NCBI GenBank assembly: GCA_902588255.1
Contig: CACIOK010000002.1
Span: 6,258 to 70,257, forward strand
Length of the DNA: 64,000 nt
DNA from: an uncultured Pelagibacteraceae bacterium
Lineage (GTDB): Bacteria; Pseudomonadota; Alphaproteobacteria; Pelagibacterales; Pelagibacteraceae
Direction: 5' to 3'
Shown here: in pieces, positions 1 through 10,013 of the stretch
Layout: every line of letters begins with the position of its first letter
Position numbering within the stretch: position 1 is the first letter of the stretch
The notes under the pieces: generated by a model
Told to the model about the DNA's origin: nothing
What the model saw: the letters and a program-made list of their open reading frames with translations, nothing else
Database searches by the model: none
Translations under genes and position numbers: made by a program

Positions 1-690
1 TTTTCCAAGAATTTTTTTACTTATAAAACCAAATTCATCAGCAGAATTTTTAACAACTGGCAGAATATTTTTCTTTATTTTAAAAATTTTTAAAATATCT
101 TGATCCCATTTATTTTTGTTTATATTAAAAAGCATTGTTCTAGAAGCATTTGTTGCATCTGTTGCATGTAGTTTTCCTCCTGTTAATTTCCAGATTAAAA
201 AACTGTCGATTGTACCAAATAGCAAAAGGTTTTTTTTTGAAAGTTTTTTTGCTTTTGCAATATTATCTAATACCCATTTAATTTTAGTTGCTGAAAAATA
301 AGGATCAATAAATAAGCCTGTCTTTTTTCTAATTAAATTTTCTCTATTTTTAATTTTTTTACAATAATTTTCAGTTCTTCTATCTTGCCACACAATTGCG
401 TTATAAACTGGTTTGCCATTTGTTTTATCCCATAAAACTGTTGTTTCACGTTGATTTGTAATTCCAATTGTAACGATTGTTATTTTATTTTTTTTACATT
501 TATTTCCTACATTTTTTATTACTTTTAAGGTTTTTAACCAAATTTCATTTGGATCGTGTTCAACCCATCCACTTTTAGGAAAATATTGTTTAAATTCTAG
601 TTGTGATGAAAATAATTTTTTACCATCTAATGAAAAGGCTATTGCCCTTGTTGATGTTGTGCCTTGATCTATAGCTAATATAGCCTTCAT
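1..690 (-). CDS. glpK: Glycerol kinase (5' part; runs off window start; absent from ORF track)
   Basis: Manual translation from ATG at 690 (minus): MKAILAIDQGTTSTRAIAF...GWVEHDP...IGITNQRETTVLWDK...NAIVWQDRRT...DPYFSATKIKW...FGTIDSFLIWKLTGG, the FGGY-kinase/GlpK signature. AGGAG Shine-Dalgarno just upstream (about 703-707). Confidence 0.92.
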   Translation of the reverse strand, partial: MKAILAIDQGTTSTRAIAFSLDGKKLFSSQLEFKQYFPKSGWVEHDPNEIWLKTLKVIKNVGNKCKKNKITIVTIGITNQRETTVLWDKTNGKPVYNAIVWQDRRTENYCKKIKNRENLIRKKTGLFIDPYFSATKIKWVLDNIAKAKKLSKKNLLLFGTIDSFLIWKLTGGKLHATDATNASRTMLFNINKNKWDQDILKIFKIKKNILPVVKNSADEFGFISKKILGK

Positions 691-818
691 TTTTTTAATA
701 CTCTCCTACATATAGAAAAGTGGGATAATAAGTTAATTTTCATAATAAAATATTATTTCAATTATTAGTATTTTGTTAGTAAAATACATTTATAAATTTA
801 TCTAATTGGAAAAATTTT

Positions 819-2159
819 ATGACAAAAGTAGCAATTATAGGTACAGGGCCATGTGGTTTGTCTATGTTGAGATCTTTTGAACAAGCAGAAAAAAAAGGTG
901 AAAAAATCCCACAAATAATATGCTTTGAGAAACAAGAAGATTGGGGAGGTCTGTGGAATTACAGTTGGAGAACTGGGTCTGATCAATATGGCGATCCAAT
1001 TCCTAATAGCATGTATAGATATCTTTGGTCAAATGGTCCTAAAGAATGTTTAGAGTTTGCCGACTATTCATTTGATGAACATTTTGGAAAACAAATTCCT
1101 TCATTCCCCCCGAGAGAAGTTTTGTATGATTACATAACTGGTAGAGTAAAAAAAGGTAATTCAAAAAATAAGGTAAGATTTAACACTAGTGTTTCTAGAG
1201 TTCTTTTTAATGGAAATAATTTTGAAATTACTTCTCACGATAAAAAAAATGATAAGTTTTCAAAAGATGTTTTTGATTATGTCGTTGTATCTACTGGACA
1301 TTTTTCTGTTCCTTTTATTCCAGAATACCCAGGAATGAAATCCTTTCCAGGTAGAATTATGCATTCTCATGATTTTAGAGATGCAGAAGAATTTAGAGGA
1401 AAAAATGTTATTGTTTTAGGAAGTAGTTATTCGGCTGAAGATGTTGCTCTTCAATGCCACAAGTATGGTGCCAAAAGTGTAACTATAGGCTACAGAAATA
1501 ATCCAATGGGATTTAAATGGCCTGAAGGAGTAAAAGAGGTGCATTATTTGGATAGACTGGAAGGAAATAAAGCAATCTTCAAAGATGGTCACAAACAAGA
1601 AGCCGATGCAATAATTTTATGTTCTGGTTATCTCCACCATTTCCCCTTTTTAACAGAAGACCTTAAACTAAAAACTAGAAACAGATTATATCCACCAAAA
1701 CTATATAAAGGGGTTGTATGGCAAGATAATCACAAATTACTTTATTTAGGTATGCAAGATCAATTTCATACTTTTAATATGTTCGACTGTCAGGCTTGGT
1801 TTGCAAGGGATGTGATAATGCAAAAAATTAAAATACCAAATAGTTCTGAAATAGAAAAAGATATAAATAAATGGGTTGCTTTGGAAGAAAAATTAGAAAA
1901 TCCAGATCAAATGATAGATTTCCAAACAGAATATACAAAAGAACTTCATAAATTATCAGATTATCCAAAAATTGACTTTGAGTTGATTAGGAAGCATTTT
2001 AAAGAATGGGAACATCACAAAGTGGAAGATATTATGACTTATAGAAATAAATCTTTTTCTTCACCTGTTACTGGCTCTATTGCACCAATTCACCATACAC
2101 CTTGGGCAACAGCCATGGATGACTCTTCAAAAGCTTTTTTAAAACAACAAAAAAAATAG
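819..2159 (+). CDS. tmm: Trimethylamine monooxygenase (bacterial flavin-containing monooxygenase)
   Basis: GxGxxG FAD motif, WGGLWNYSWRTG, SMYRYLWSNGPKECLEFADYSF, FMO fingerprint FPGRIMHSHDFR, NADPH motif GSSYSAED; adjacent to TMAO transport and demethylase genes. Confidence 0.92.
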   Translation: MTKVAIIGTGPCGLSMLRSFEQAEKKGEKIPQIICFEKQEDWGGLWNYSWRTGSDQYGDPIPNSMYRYLWSNGPKECLEFADYSFDEHFGKQIPSFPPREVLYDYITGRVKKGNSKNKVRFNTSVSRVLFNGNNFEITSHDKKNDKFSKDVFDYVVVSTGHFSVPFIPEYPGMKSFPGRIMHSHDFRDAEEFRGKNVIVLGSSYSAEDVALQCHKYGAKSVTIGYRNNPMGFKWPEGVKEVHYLDRLEGNKAIFKDGHKQEADAIILCSGYLHHFPFLTEDLKLKTRNRLYPPKLYKGVVWQDNHKLLYLGMQDQFHTFNMFDCQAWFARDVIMQKIKIPNSSEIEKDINKWVALEEKLENPDQMIDFQTEYTKELHKLSDYPKIDFELIRKHFKEWEHHKVEDIMTYRNKSFSSPVTGSIAPIHHTPWATAMDDSSKAFLKQQKK

Positions 2160-2160
2160 T

Positions 2161-2325
2161 TTAATTTTCTTTTTTTAGATAAGGTATTAAAAAAACTAAA
2201 CAGCCAAATAAAAAGAAAATACTTCCAAACATAGCCCAAAAATTTCCAAAGCTAGACATAATGAAGCCAATTGAAGAAATTAAAAATAAAATCCAGCCAA
2301 TAATATTTATAATTTTAATATTCAT
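2161..2325 (-). CDS. Small two-TM membrane protein, hypothetical
   Basis: Likely start MNIKIINIIGWILF at 2325, 2 nt after the permease stop; two hydrophobic helices. Confidence 0.6.
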   Translation of the reverse strand: MNIKIINIIGWILFLISSIGFIMSSFGNFWAMFGSIFFLFGCLVFLIPYLKKEN

Positions 2326-2327
2326 TT

Positions 2328-4481
2328 TTAATCTATTCCAAGATGTTTTTTTCTTTTTTCTACCCAAGTACGAATTAAATTGTCAAATATAAGACCTATG
2401 AAAGCAACACAAATACCAAGTACCAACCCTTTGCCCCCACCTGCCTTATCAGATAAAGCTTTTAAAATATATTGTCCTAAATCTTCTGTTCCTATAAATG
2501 CTCCTATAATTACCATAAACAAAGCAAATACGATTGTTTGATTTAAACCAAGCATCATATGGGGAAATGCTAAAGGAAATTCTATTTTGAATAATCTTTG
2601 TAATTTAGTTACACCCGACATTGTGGCTGCATCATGCAAAGCAGCTGGAACACTTTTTAATCCTTCAATGGTATATCTTGTTGCGGGTATAGTAGCATAA
2701 ACAATTACGGCAATTAGTACCGAAGTGTCCGTAACTCCAAACAACATCATTACTGGAATTAAGTATACAAAGGAAGGAAATGTTTGAAAAATATCACAAA
2801 CTCCTAACATAAAATTTGTAGTATATTTGTTTTGTTGACATAAAGTTCCAACAGTAAAACCAATTGTGCAAGATATGATGACACCAAAAGTTGCCATGTA
2901 TGTTGTGACTAATGCTCTATCCCACCATGGACTTAGAGCAATAAACAATGTTAATCCACCTACTGTAAAAGCTGAACGAATTCCACCAATTATGTAGCCC
3001 GCACCAACAACTAAAACTAAAGTCGCAACTGCTGGCATTCTTAGATAAAGTGCTCTCATTGGCTGAAGAACTTCAGTAATCAACCATGTATTAAATGCTT
3101 TTATGTACACAAAGAAAGTATCAAAAATCCAATCAACACCTTTGTTCCAGAAATCTGCAGTTGATATTCCTTTATTATGAGGAACCTCATATAAATAATT
3201 AAAGCCTTCTTTAAAGAAAAAAGATCCTGCAAGAGCAAGTATTGCCCCAATCACCACAGCTCCACCAAAAAATATTGTGTTTTTATAACGCTGAAAAAAT
3301 GTCAAATTACCAAAATAATCAGTTTGTTTATTGGCCCAAGCTAAAGACATTTTATCTAAAAGTATTGCAATCAAACTAATGCATAAGCCTGCTTCTAATG
3401 CTAATCCAATATTTAGTTGATTTAAAGCTAGTAATAAATTCCACCCTAGACCTTTGGCTCCTATAAAAGCTGAAATAACCGCCATAGAAAAACAAACCAT
3501 AATTACTTGGTTCACACCAATCAAAATATCTCTTCTTGCAGTTGGAATTAATACCTCAGTCAAAAGTTGCCAATTACTACATCCGCTCATTTTACCAGCT
3601 TCAATAACTTCTGGAGATACTCCTCTAAGGCCTAACAAAGTTAATAGGATCATAGGAGGAATAGCAACAACCATTGTTATTATAACTGCAGCATGATCAC
3701 CAATACCGAACAGAACCATAGCAGGGACGAGAACAGCATATTGAGGCATAGTCTGCATAACTAAAAGTATTGGATACAATGCTTTCTCAACACGTTTACT
3801 TTTATAAGCCATAACACCTAAGCTTAATCCAAAAATAAAAGAAAGTGGTGCTGCTACCAAGATAAAAGAAAGTGTTTGCATTGATGGTTTCCATTGACCA
3901 AACACTGAAATATAAATCATTACTAAGCCAGCAAATATTGCTAAGCCCTTGCCACTCAATTTGTAAGCCAAGATGGCTGCACCCGCAGCAACAATTGTCC
4001 AAGGTAAGCCTGGTAATTTTGCCCAGGGATATGCACTTACAAAATTCCAACTTGTAAATGCAACAATTGTTTCAACACCACCTAATAAAATTTCTCTTAT
4101 TAATTCAATAAGAAATGTCATGAACGCAGTTACATTTCTTGATATTTGCAATACTAAAGGTCGAGTTTTATATTCTTGTGTAGCTGAATCCCAAAATTCC
4201 ATTGGCATCCATTCATTCAATAGAAAAAATAGGCCATCATTTATCCAAATAGGTAGCCATCCAAGTAAAGGGGGCAATCTCCAGAAATTATCAAAGGCGT
4301 AATATCTTACTTCTTTACCAAAAAGTATATAAGTACTTTGGTTTGGATCTTTAATAAATTCAGCTTGACCTCTTATAAATTTATAGGTTTCAGGAACATC
4401 AATTGCAAAACACAAACCAAAAAATACAATTAACAAAAATAACCATTGAAATAATTTTGGATATTTTTTTAATAATTCCAT
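2328..4481 (-). CDS. tmoV: TMAO/glycine-betaine-family ABC permease with two fused TM modules
   Basis: Two ProW-like repeats (MQTMPQYAVLVP / FQTFPSFVYLIP) with two EAA-type loops (EAGKMSG, DAATMSG); same strand as tmoW and tmoX. Confidence 0.82.
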   Translation of the reverse strand: MELLKKYPKLFQWLFLLIVFFGLCFAIDVPETYKFIRGQAEFIKDPNQSTYILFGKEVRYYAFDNFWRLPPLLGWLPIWINDGLFFLLNEWMPMEFWDSATQEYKTRPLVLQISRNVTAFMTFLIELIREILLGGVETIVAFTSWNFVSAYPWAKLPGLPWTIVAAGAAILAYKLSGKGLAIFAGLVMIYISVFGQWKPSMQTLSFILVAAPLSFIFGLSLGVMAYKSKRVEKALYPILLVMQTMPQYAVLVPAMVLFGIGDHAAVIITMVVAIPPMILLTLLGLRGVSPEVIEAGKMSGCSNWQLLTEVLIPTARRDILIGVNQVIMVCFSMAVISAFIGAKGLGWNLLLALNQLNIGLALEAGLCISLIAILLDKMSLAWANKQTDYFGNLTFFQRYKNTIFFGGAVVIGAILALAGSFFFKEGFNYLYEVPHNKGISTADFWNKGVDWIFDTFFVYIKAFNTWLITEVLQPMRALYLRMPAVATLVLVVGAGYIIGGIRSAFTVGGLTLFIALSPWWDRALVTTYMATFGVIISCTIGFTVGTLCQQNKYTTNFMLGVCDIFQTFPSFVYLIPVMMLFGVTDTSVLIAVIVYATIPATRYTIEGLKSVPAALHDAATMSGVTKLQRLFKIEFPLAFPHMMLGLNQTIVFALFMVIIGAFIGTEDLGQYILKALSDKAGGGKGLVLGICVAFIGLIFDNLIRTWVEKRKKHLGID

Positions 4482-4484
4482 AAT

Positions 4485-5516
4485 TTAACTGTTTTCTTTT
4501 CTTCCTCCAAAAACAGTATGGATTATTTTTGAAGGATGAACAGTTCCAACAATTTTATTATTACTATCTATTACACCTACTGATTTTTCTTGAGATAAAA
4601 TTTTTTCAGCTACATTTTCTATTATCTCATCTTTTGAAACTTTTAGATCACTTAAATTATCTGATTTTGGTGCATCCATTACATCTTCTATTATTAAAAC
4701 TTTTTCCCTTGGCACTTCTTCAGTAAATTTTTTTACATACTCTGTGGCTGGACTTAGTACAATTTTCGCAGGTGTATCTAGCTGTTCGATTATTCCATCT
4801 TTCATGATTGCTATTCGATCAGCAAGTTTCAATGCTTCGTCAAAATCATGGGTAATAAACATAATTGTTTTTTTTAGCTTTTCTTGAAGTCTTAAAAATT
4901 CATCTTGCATTTCTTTTCTAATCAATGGATCTAATGCAGAAAAAGGTTCGTCTAAAAACCAAATATCAGGTTCAACAGCTAATGATCGAGCGATACCTAC
5001 TCTTTGTTGTTGTCCTCCTGAAAGTTCTCTTGGGAAATAATTTTCTCTTCCATCAAGACCAACAAGTTTGACCATGTCCATGGCTTTATTGATACTTTTC
5101 TCAGTCTCTATACCTTTGATTTGGAGTGGAAAAGCAATATTTTCCAAGACTGTTTTATGTGGAAGTAAAGCAAAACTTTGAAAAACCATTCCCATTTTAT
5201 TTCTTCTAAGTTCAATCAACTCTTTATCTTTTAATGAAAGTAAATCTTGGCCTTCTATAAAAATTTTTCCACCCGTCGCATCTGTTAATCTAGAGATACA
5301 TCTTAATAATGTAGATTTTCCGGAACCAGATAACCCCATTACGACCAACATTTCTCCTTTTAAAACTTCAAAAGAAGCATTGTTCACCCCTACAATGCAT
5401 CCGTTTTCCTGGAATGTTTTTGCATCTACGTTTCCATTTGCTTCTTCAAGCATTTTTTTGGCGTTTGCGCCAAATATTTTGTAAACAGATTCACATTTAA
5501 TTACAGCATCAGTCAT
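4485..5516 (-). CDS. tmoW: TMAO/glycine-betaine-family ABC ATPase (ProV-like)
   Basis: Walker A GLSGSGKS, signature LSGGQQQRV, DEPFSALDPLIR, H-loop ITHD; likely start MTDAVIKC at 5516. Confidence 0.85.
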   Translation of the reverse strand: MTDAVIKCESVYKIFGANAKKMLEEANGNVDAKTFQENGCIVGVNNASFEVLKGEMLVVMGLSGSGKSTLLRCISRLTDATGGKIFIEGQDLLSLKDKELIELRRNKMGMVFQSFALLPHKTVLENIAFPLQIKGIETEKSINKAMDMVKLVGLDGRENYFPRELSGGQQQRVGIARSLAVEPDIWFLDEPFSALDPLIRKEMQDEFLRLQEKLKKTIMFITHDFDEALKLADRIAIMKDGIIEQLDTPAKIVLSPATEYVKKFTEEVPREKVLIIEDVMDAPKSDNLSDLKVSKDEIIENVAEKILSQEKSVGVIDSNNKIVGTVHPSKIIHTVFGGRKENS

Positions 5517-5580
5517 TTCATTTAACAAGTTATACGATATTCAGTAAAAATAAAATCTATATAATTGTTGTTTTTCCTCC

Positions 5581-6135
5581 CTAAAAATTTTTAATAAAAT
5601 AAACTCTAGTATCAATACCTGTACTTAAAAAACTTAAAACTTCTCCTGAAACATTTACTGTCTCATTCACTCCAACATTGCTTCCACTTACAGTATAGCC
5701 AGCAAAACATTTATTTTTATTTTTATCCCATTTCACAAATGTATCATCAATTTTATTACCATTGATGGTATACAGCTCATAAGCTTTATAATTTAAAAAA
5801 TGGGCAGCCATAATAGCTCGCTGTGGAATAAGTTTAGTTATTTTACAAACTGCTTCGTATTGTTCTTTAGATAATTTATAATGATCAGTTCCATCATAGA
5901 ATACTACAATGCCAGATGGAAGACTTGATATAACTTCATTTAGTTTTTTTTCGTTTGCAATTCTTTCTTCTTCTAATTTCATTTTTCTAATTAACTCATC
6001 ACCTCCACCCCAATAAATATTTAAAATAGCAAAAGATAAGATTACAAAAATTGTTATTGACACTAGACCAGCAAATTGTCGTGCTGGTTCGGGTAACCCA
6101 ATTAATAACTTATTTAAATATTTATTTTTTAGCAT
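5581..6135 (-). CDS. Hypothetical membrane-anchored protein
   Basis: 184-aa ORF: one N-terminal TM helix, short coiled segment, soluble domain; family not recognised. Confidence 0.6.
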   Translation of the reverse strand: MLKNKYLNKLLIGLPEPARQFAGLVSITIFVILSFAILNIYWGGGDELIRKMKLEEERIANEKKLNEVISSLPSGIVVFYDGTDHYKLSKEQYEAVCKITKLIPQRAIMAAHFLNYKAYELYTINGNKIDDTFVKWDKNKNKCFAGYTVSGSNVGVNETVNVSGEVLSFLSTGIDTRVYFIKNF

Positions 6136-6143
6136 TATTTTAA

Positions 6144-6521
6144 TTACTCTTGCAATTTACCGTTTTTCCAAATCCCTTTTTTTTGTTTTCCATCCGACCA
6201 GGTAAATATTCCTTTTCCATTCATGAAACCATTAGCCCATTCTCCTTCATAAGTTGCGCCATTTGGAAAAGTTAAAGTGCCTTGTCCACTCCATTCGCTA
6301 TTTTTAAATTCACCTTTGTAAATATAGCCGTTAGGCCAAGTTTCTACTCCTTGACCATTTTTTTTTGTTCCAGTCCATTCTCCTTCATATGTAGTTCCAT
6401 CTGTTGAAACCCACAAACCAAAACCATTTTCGCAATTTCCCTCTTTACATCCTACTTTTCGAGCTGAAGCCGAAGATATAATTAAAAAACTTAAAATTAT
6501 AATAAAGACATATTTTTTCAT
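6144..6521 (-). CDS. Secreted MORN-repeat protein
   Basis: Signal peptide, CxxGNCxNGxG, then repeated YEGEW/YKGEF...GQG..T.PNG units typical of MORN repeats. Confidence 0.85.
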   Translation of the reverse strand: MKKYVFIIILSFLIISSASARKVGCKEGNCENGFGLWVSTDGTTYEGEWTGTKKNGQGVETWPNGYIYKGEFKNSEWSGQGTLTFPNGATYEGEWANGFMNGKGIFTWSDGKQKKGIWKNGKLQE

Positions 6522-6546
6522 TTTTACATTTTACACAAATTTTTAT

Positions 6547-6584
6547 AAAAAAAAATCCCCCCCAACAAAGTTGGGAGAGATTTT
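6547..6584 (-). terminator. Rho-independent terminator/attenuating hairpin after tmoX
   Basis: Minus strand AAAATCTCTCCCAAC-TTT-GTTGGGGGGGATTTT followed by a U-run (two G-U pairs), about 27 nt after the tmoX stop. Confidence 0.8.
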
Positions 6585-6611
6585 AAATTTATAAGCTTTT
6601 ATACTCTATAA

Positions 6612-7577
6612 TTAGTTCATCCAAGCTTTCCAAACTGACTCATTGTCAGCTAACCATTTTTTAGCTGCATCTTCGTGAGTCATTTTGTCAAGGTCAACTA
6701 AAGCTGCCATTGCACCAATTTGACCTGTAGAGAATGACATTTTTTTGAAAATGCCTGCTGCTCCTGGATGAGTTTTTGGAAAGTCTGCATTAACAGCCTT
6801 TTTCAAATAACCATCTGGAGATCCACATTTACCATCGCCGCCATCTTCTGGTCTACAACCAGCTGTGTATGGAGGAAATTTTATGAATGTGAAACCAGCA
6901 CCATCTGTAAAGTTTGGCGTCCAGTTAAAGATTATAGTTCCTCTATCTTCTTTTTTAGCTGCCGCTAATTCTGCCCAAAGTGCATCTGCGCTTCCAGCAA
7001 ATTTAACTACCCAAAGATCACCTAATCCCAAAGCGTCAATTCTTTGAGGGATTAAATCTCCGTGCCAAGTTTGAGGTCCTTCTAACATACGACCTTTTCC
7101 ACCTGAGTCAGGTGTTACAAAAGCTTTTGCACAGTCAGGATTTTTTAAAGCTGTCCAATCAGGTAAACCCGGACATTTAGCAGCAACCCAATCAGGATAT
7201 CCCATATCCTCAAGAGTTCTTGCTTCATGATCTCCCCAGTCAAGTATACCACCCTTATCAAGAGCAGTAGTGAATGATTTACCAAAAGCAGATTCCCAAA
7301 CTTCGTGTGATATTGTTACATCACCTATACGAATTGATTCATATACAGCTTGTGAGTCAGCAGGAACATATTTAACATTATTCCCGTTCGCTTCGAAAAT
7401 ACCTCCTATTACATAGGCCATTACAACTTGGCTTGACCAGTTGTGAGTTGGTATTACAATCGGCTCTGCGCTATCACCAGCTTTCTTTGCAGTTTTGTCT
7501 CCTTGCTGCATAAAGAAAATAACACCAATAATAACTACTACACCAATTAGTATTAGTGGTAAGTTTTTGTTTTTCAT
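6612..7577 (-). CDS. tmoX: TMAO ABC transporter substrate-binding protein
   Basis: PIVIPTHNWSSQ, HEVWESAFG, CPGLPDWTAL, FNWTPNFTD match the TmoX clade of OpuAC-like binding proteins. Start at 7577 with AAGGAAAGGGG RBS; divergent from tdm. Confidence 0.9.
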   Translation of the reverse strand: MKNKNLPLILIGVVVIIGVIFFMQQGDKTAKKAGDSAEPIVIPTHNWSSQVVMAYVIGGIFEANGNNVKYVPADSQAVYESIRIGDVTISHEVWESAFGKSFTTALDKGGILDWGDHEARTLEDMGYPDWVAAKCPGLPDWTALKNPDCAKAFVTPDSGGKGRMLEGPQTWHGDLIPQRIDALGLGDLWVVKFAGSADALWAELAAAKKEDRGTIIFNWTPNFTDGAGFTFIKFPPYTAGCRPEDGGDGKCGSPDGYLKKAVNADFPKTHPGAAGIFKKMSFSTGQIGAMAALVDLDKMTHEDAAKKWLADNESVWKAWMN

Positions 7578-7685
7578 TGTTACCCCTTTCCTTAATATTA
7601 AGATGAACAATTATGGGCTTAAGGAAATTTATAGTCAACAAGAACATATATATATATTATAGACATATAAAAAAGAGCGCTGTTT

Positions 7686-10013
7686 ATGTCGTTAACTAGT
7701 AATGCTATTAAAAACCCAGGTTTAAGAACTTTGCCACCTGGAGTTGAAAGATACCATATTCAAGGTGGTGGTATTAATATTCTAGAAATATTTCCAGAGG
7801 ATAAAATAGAAATAATTAATGATGAAGGAAAACAAATTTGCGAAATAATTGTATTTAATGCCAAAGGAAAAGGAGATTTATCAATCCTTAGTTTAAAAGA
7901 AAATTCAAATGGTGATTATTTAAAAAAAGCCATTAATCAAGATAGAAAAATTTTACAATTATTAAAAAAAAAGAATCTCGAATTAAATAAATCAAAATCA
8001 TCAATTGTATTTAGTGAAGACTGTCCAATGGGTGAAAAAATAAATCTAAAGTCAAAAGATGCATGTATCGTAATGTTGGCTTCACCGGGTATGGCAATGG
8101 ATGTTCATAATCAAAACCCACCCTCAAGTTTAACAATTTTTTTGCATAGAGCTAAATTTGAATTAAAAAAAGAACAGTATGTTTTGCCTGAACCACTTTA
8201 CGATCCAGTTTCTGAAAAATTTATTAAAAGAATGACTGCTGAAACTTATGATGTAAAAGAAGGAGATTACATTCAAATCATCGACACAAGTGGTAGACAA
8301 TGTTCAGATTTTTTAGCTTTCGATAAAAAAAAACTTGATAAAGGCATTGAAGATATAATTGACCCTACTGCAACTCGAACATTTATGGGCTCTGCTTATC
8401 CTATGCCAGGTTTATTTTCTAAATTTTTCGATGCTAACCACGATCCAGTAATTGAAGTTGTAAGAGATACAGTTGGAAGGCATGATACTTTTAATTACGC
8501 GTGTACAGCTAAATATTACGAGGATATGGGATATTTTGGACACATAAATTGTTCTACAAATTTTAACAATGTCCTAAAAAATTATGATGTAAAACCAAGA
8601 AAAGGTTGGATAGCAATTAATCTTTTTTTTAATACAGCAATTGACGCTAACAACGTTGCTTCTTTCGATGAGCCTTGGTCCAGACCAGGTGATTATGTGC
8701 TATTTAGAGCATTAAAAGATTTAACATGTGCATCTTCAGCATGTCCTTGTGATGTTGATCCAGCAAATGGATGGAATCCAACAGATATATTTGTTAGAAC
8801 TTACGCTAAAGATAAAAAAATTTCAAAAGGAGTTGCTTTTAGAGTGAATACAGATTCAGAACCAAAACTTACTCAAGAAACTGGCTTTCATGCCAAAACA
8901 TCTAAACTAACTAAAAATTTCATAAACTATAATGGTTATTGGTTAGCAAATAATTACACAAGACACGGCGCAGTCAAAGAATATACCTCATGTAGAGAAA
9001 GTGCGATTGTTACAGATTTATCTCCACTAAGAAAATTTGAAATTTTAGGACCTGATGCTGAAAACTTAATGCAATATACACTTACTCGTAATGTAAAAAA
9101 ACTTTCTGCGGGTCAAGTTGTTTATTCTGCAATGTGCTACGAAAATGGCTGCATGATAGACGATGGGACGTTAATGAAATTTGGACAAGATAATTTTAGA
9201 TGGATCGGTGGGCAAGAATATGGTGGTGAGTGGCTTAAAGAGCAAGCAAAAAAGAAAAATTTTAAAGTTTGGGTAAAATCATCAACTGATCAAATTCACA
9301 ATATTGCAGTTCAGGGTCCAAATAGTAGAAAAATTTTGGAAAAATTTGTATGGACACCTGACACTCAACCATCAATTAAAGATTTAGAATGGTTTAGATT
9401 GACTATTGGAAGAATTGACTCCGTAACCGGAACACCAATTATGGTATCAAGAACCGGTTATACAGGTGAATTAGGATTCGAAATCTGGTGCCACCCGAAA
9501 GATGCGGGTACAGTTTGGGACAAAGTTTTTGAGTCTGGTAAAGAATTTAAAATATCCCCTTTGGGATTAGAGGCTTTAGATATGGTTCGTATAGAAGCTG
9601 GACTAATATTTTATGGTTACGAGTTTGATGATAAAACAGATCCTTTTGAAGCAGGCATAGGGTTTACGGTACCACTTAAAACTAAAGAAGATGATTTCAT
9701 TGGCAAAGAAGAGTTAATAAAAAGAAAAAATAATCCACAAAAAAAACTTGTTGGTCTTGAATTGGTGGGCCATGAACCAGCTGTAACTGGTAATACAGTT
9801 CATATTGGAAGAGGCCAAGTAGGAGTAATTACTAGCGGTATGCTATCCAAGACTTTAAATAAAAATATTGCTCTTTGTAGAATAGATGTAAAACATGCAG
9901 AAATAGGAAACGAAGTTGAGGTAGGGAAAATGGATGGTCATCAAAAAAGAATTCCAGCAAAAATAGTTCCATTTCCTTTTTATGATCCACAAAAAACAAA
10001 AGTGAGAGCTTAA
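7686..10013 (+). CDS. tdm: TMAO demethylase (DUF1989 domain + GcvT-like THF-binding domain)
   Basis: GRQCSDF, HDTFNYACTAKYY..GYFGHINC, CPCDVDPANGWNPTD (DUF1989 metal-binding Cys set) fused to GcvT motifs DLSPLRKFE, SRTGYTGELGFE, RIEAG. Confidence 0.92.
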   Translation: MSLTSNAIKNPGLRTLPPGVERYHIQGGGINILEIFPEDKIEIINDEGKQICEIIVFNAKGKGDLSILSLKENSNGDYLKKAINQDRKILQLLKKKNLELNKSKSSIVFSEDCPMGEKINLKSKDACIVMLASPGMAMDVHNQNPPSSLTIFLHRAKFELKKEQYVLPEPLYDPVSEKFIKRMTAETYDVKEGDYIQIIDTSGRQCSDFLAFDKKKLDKGIEDIIDPTATRTFMGSAYPMPGLFSKFFDANHDPVIEVVRDTVGRHDTFNYACTAKYYEDMGYFGHINCSTNFNNVLKNYDVKPRKGWIAINLFFNTAIDANNVASFDEPWSRPGDYVLFRALKDLTCASSACPCDVDPANGWNPTDIFVRTYAKDKKISKGVAFRVNTDSEPKLTQETGFHAKTSKLTKNFINYNGYWLANNYTRHGAVKEYTSCRESAIVTDLSPLRKFEILGPDAENLMQYTLTRNVKKLSAGQVVYSAMCYENGCMIDDGTLMKFGQDNFRWIGGQEYGGEWLKEQAKKKNFKVWVKSSTDQIHNIAVQGPNSRKILEKFVWTPDTQPSIKDLEWFRLTIGRIDSVTGTPIMVSRTGYTGELGFEIWCHPKDAGTVWDKVFESGKEFKISPLGLEALDMVRIEAGLIFYGYEFDDKTDPFEAGIGFTVPLKTKEDDFIGKEELIKRKNNPQKKLVGLELVGHEPAVTGNTVHIGRGQVGVITSGMLSKTLNKNIALCRIDVKHAEIGNEVEVGKMDGHQKRIPAKIVPFPFYDPQKTKVRA

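Noticed and set aside
6190-6420. Periodic DNA repeats that might be a CRISPR or tandem array
   Set aside because: The periodicity is the codon-level trace of MORN protein repeats; no identical repeats with spacers and no cas genes.
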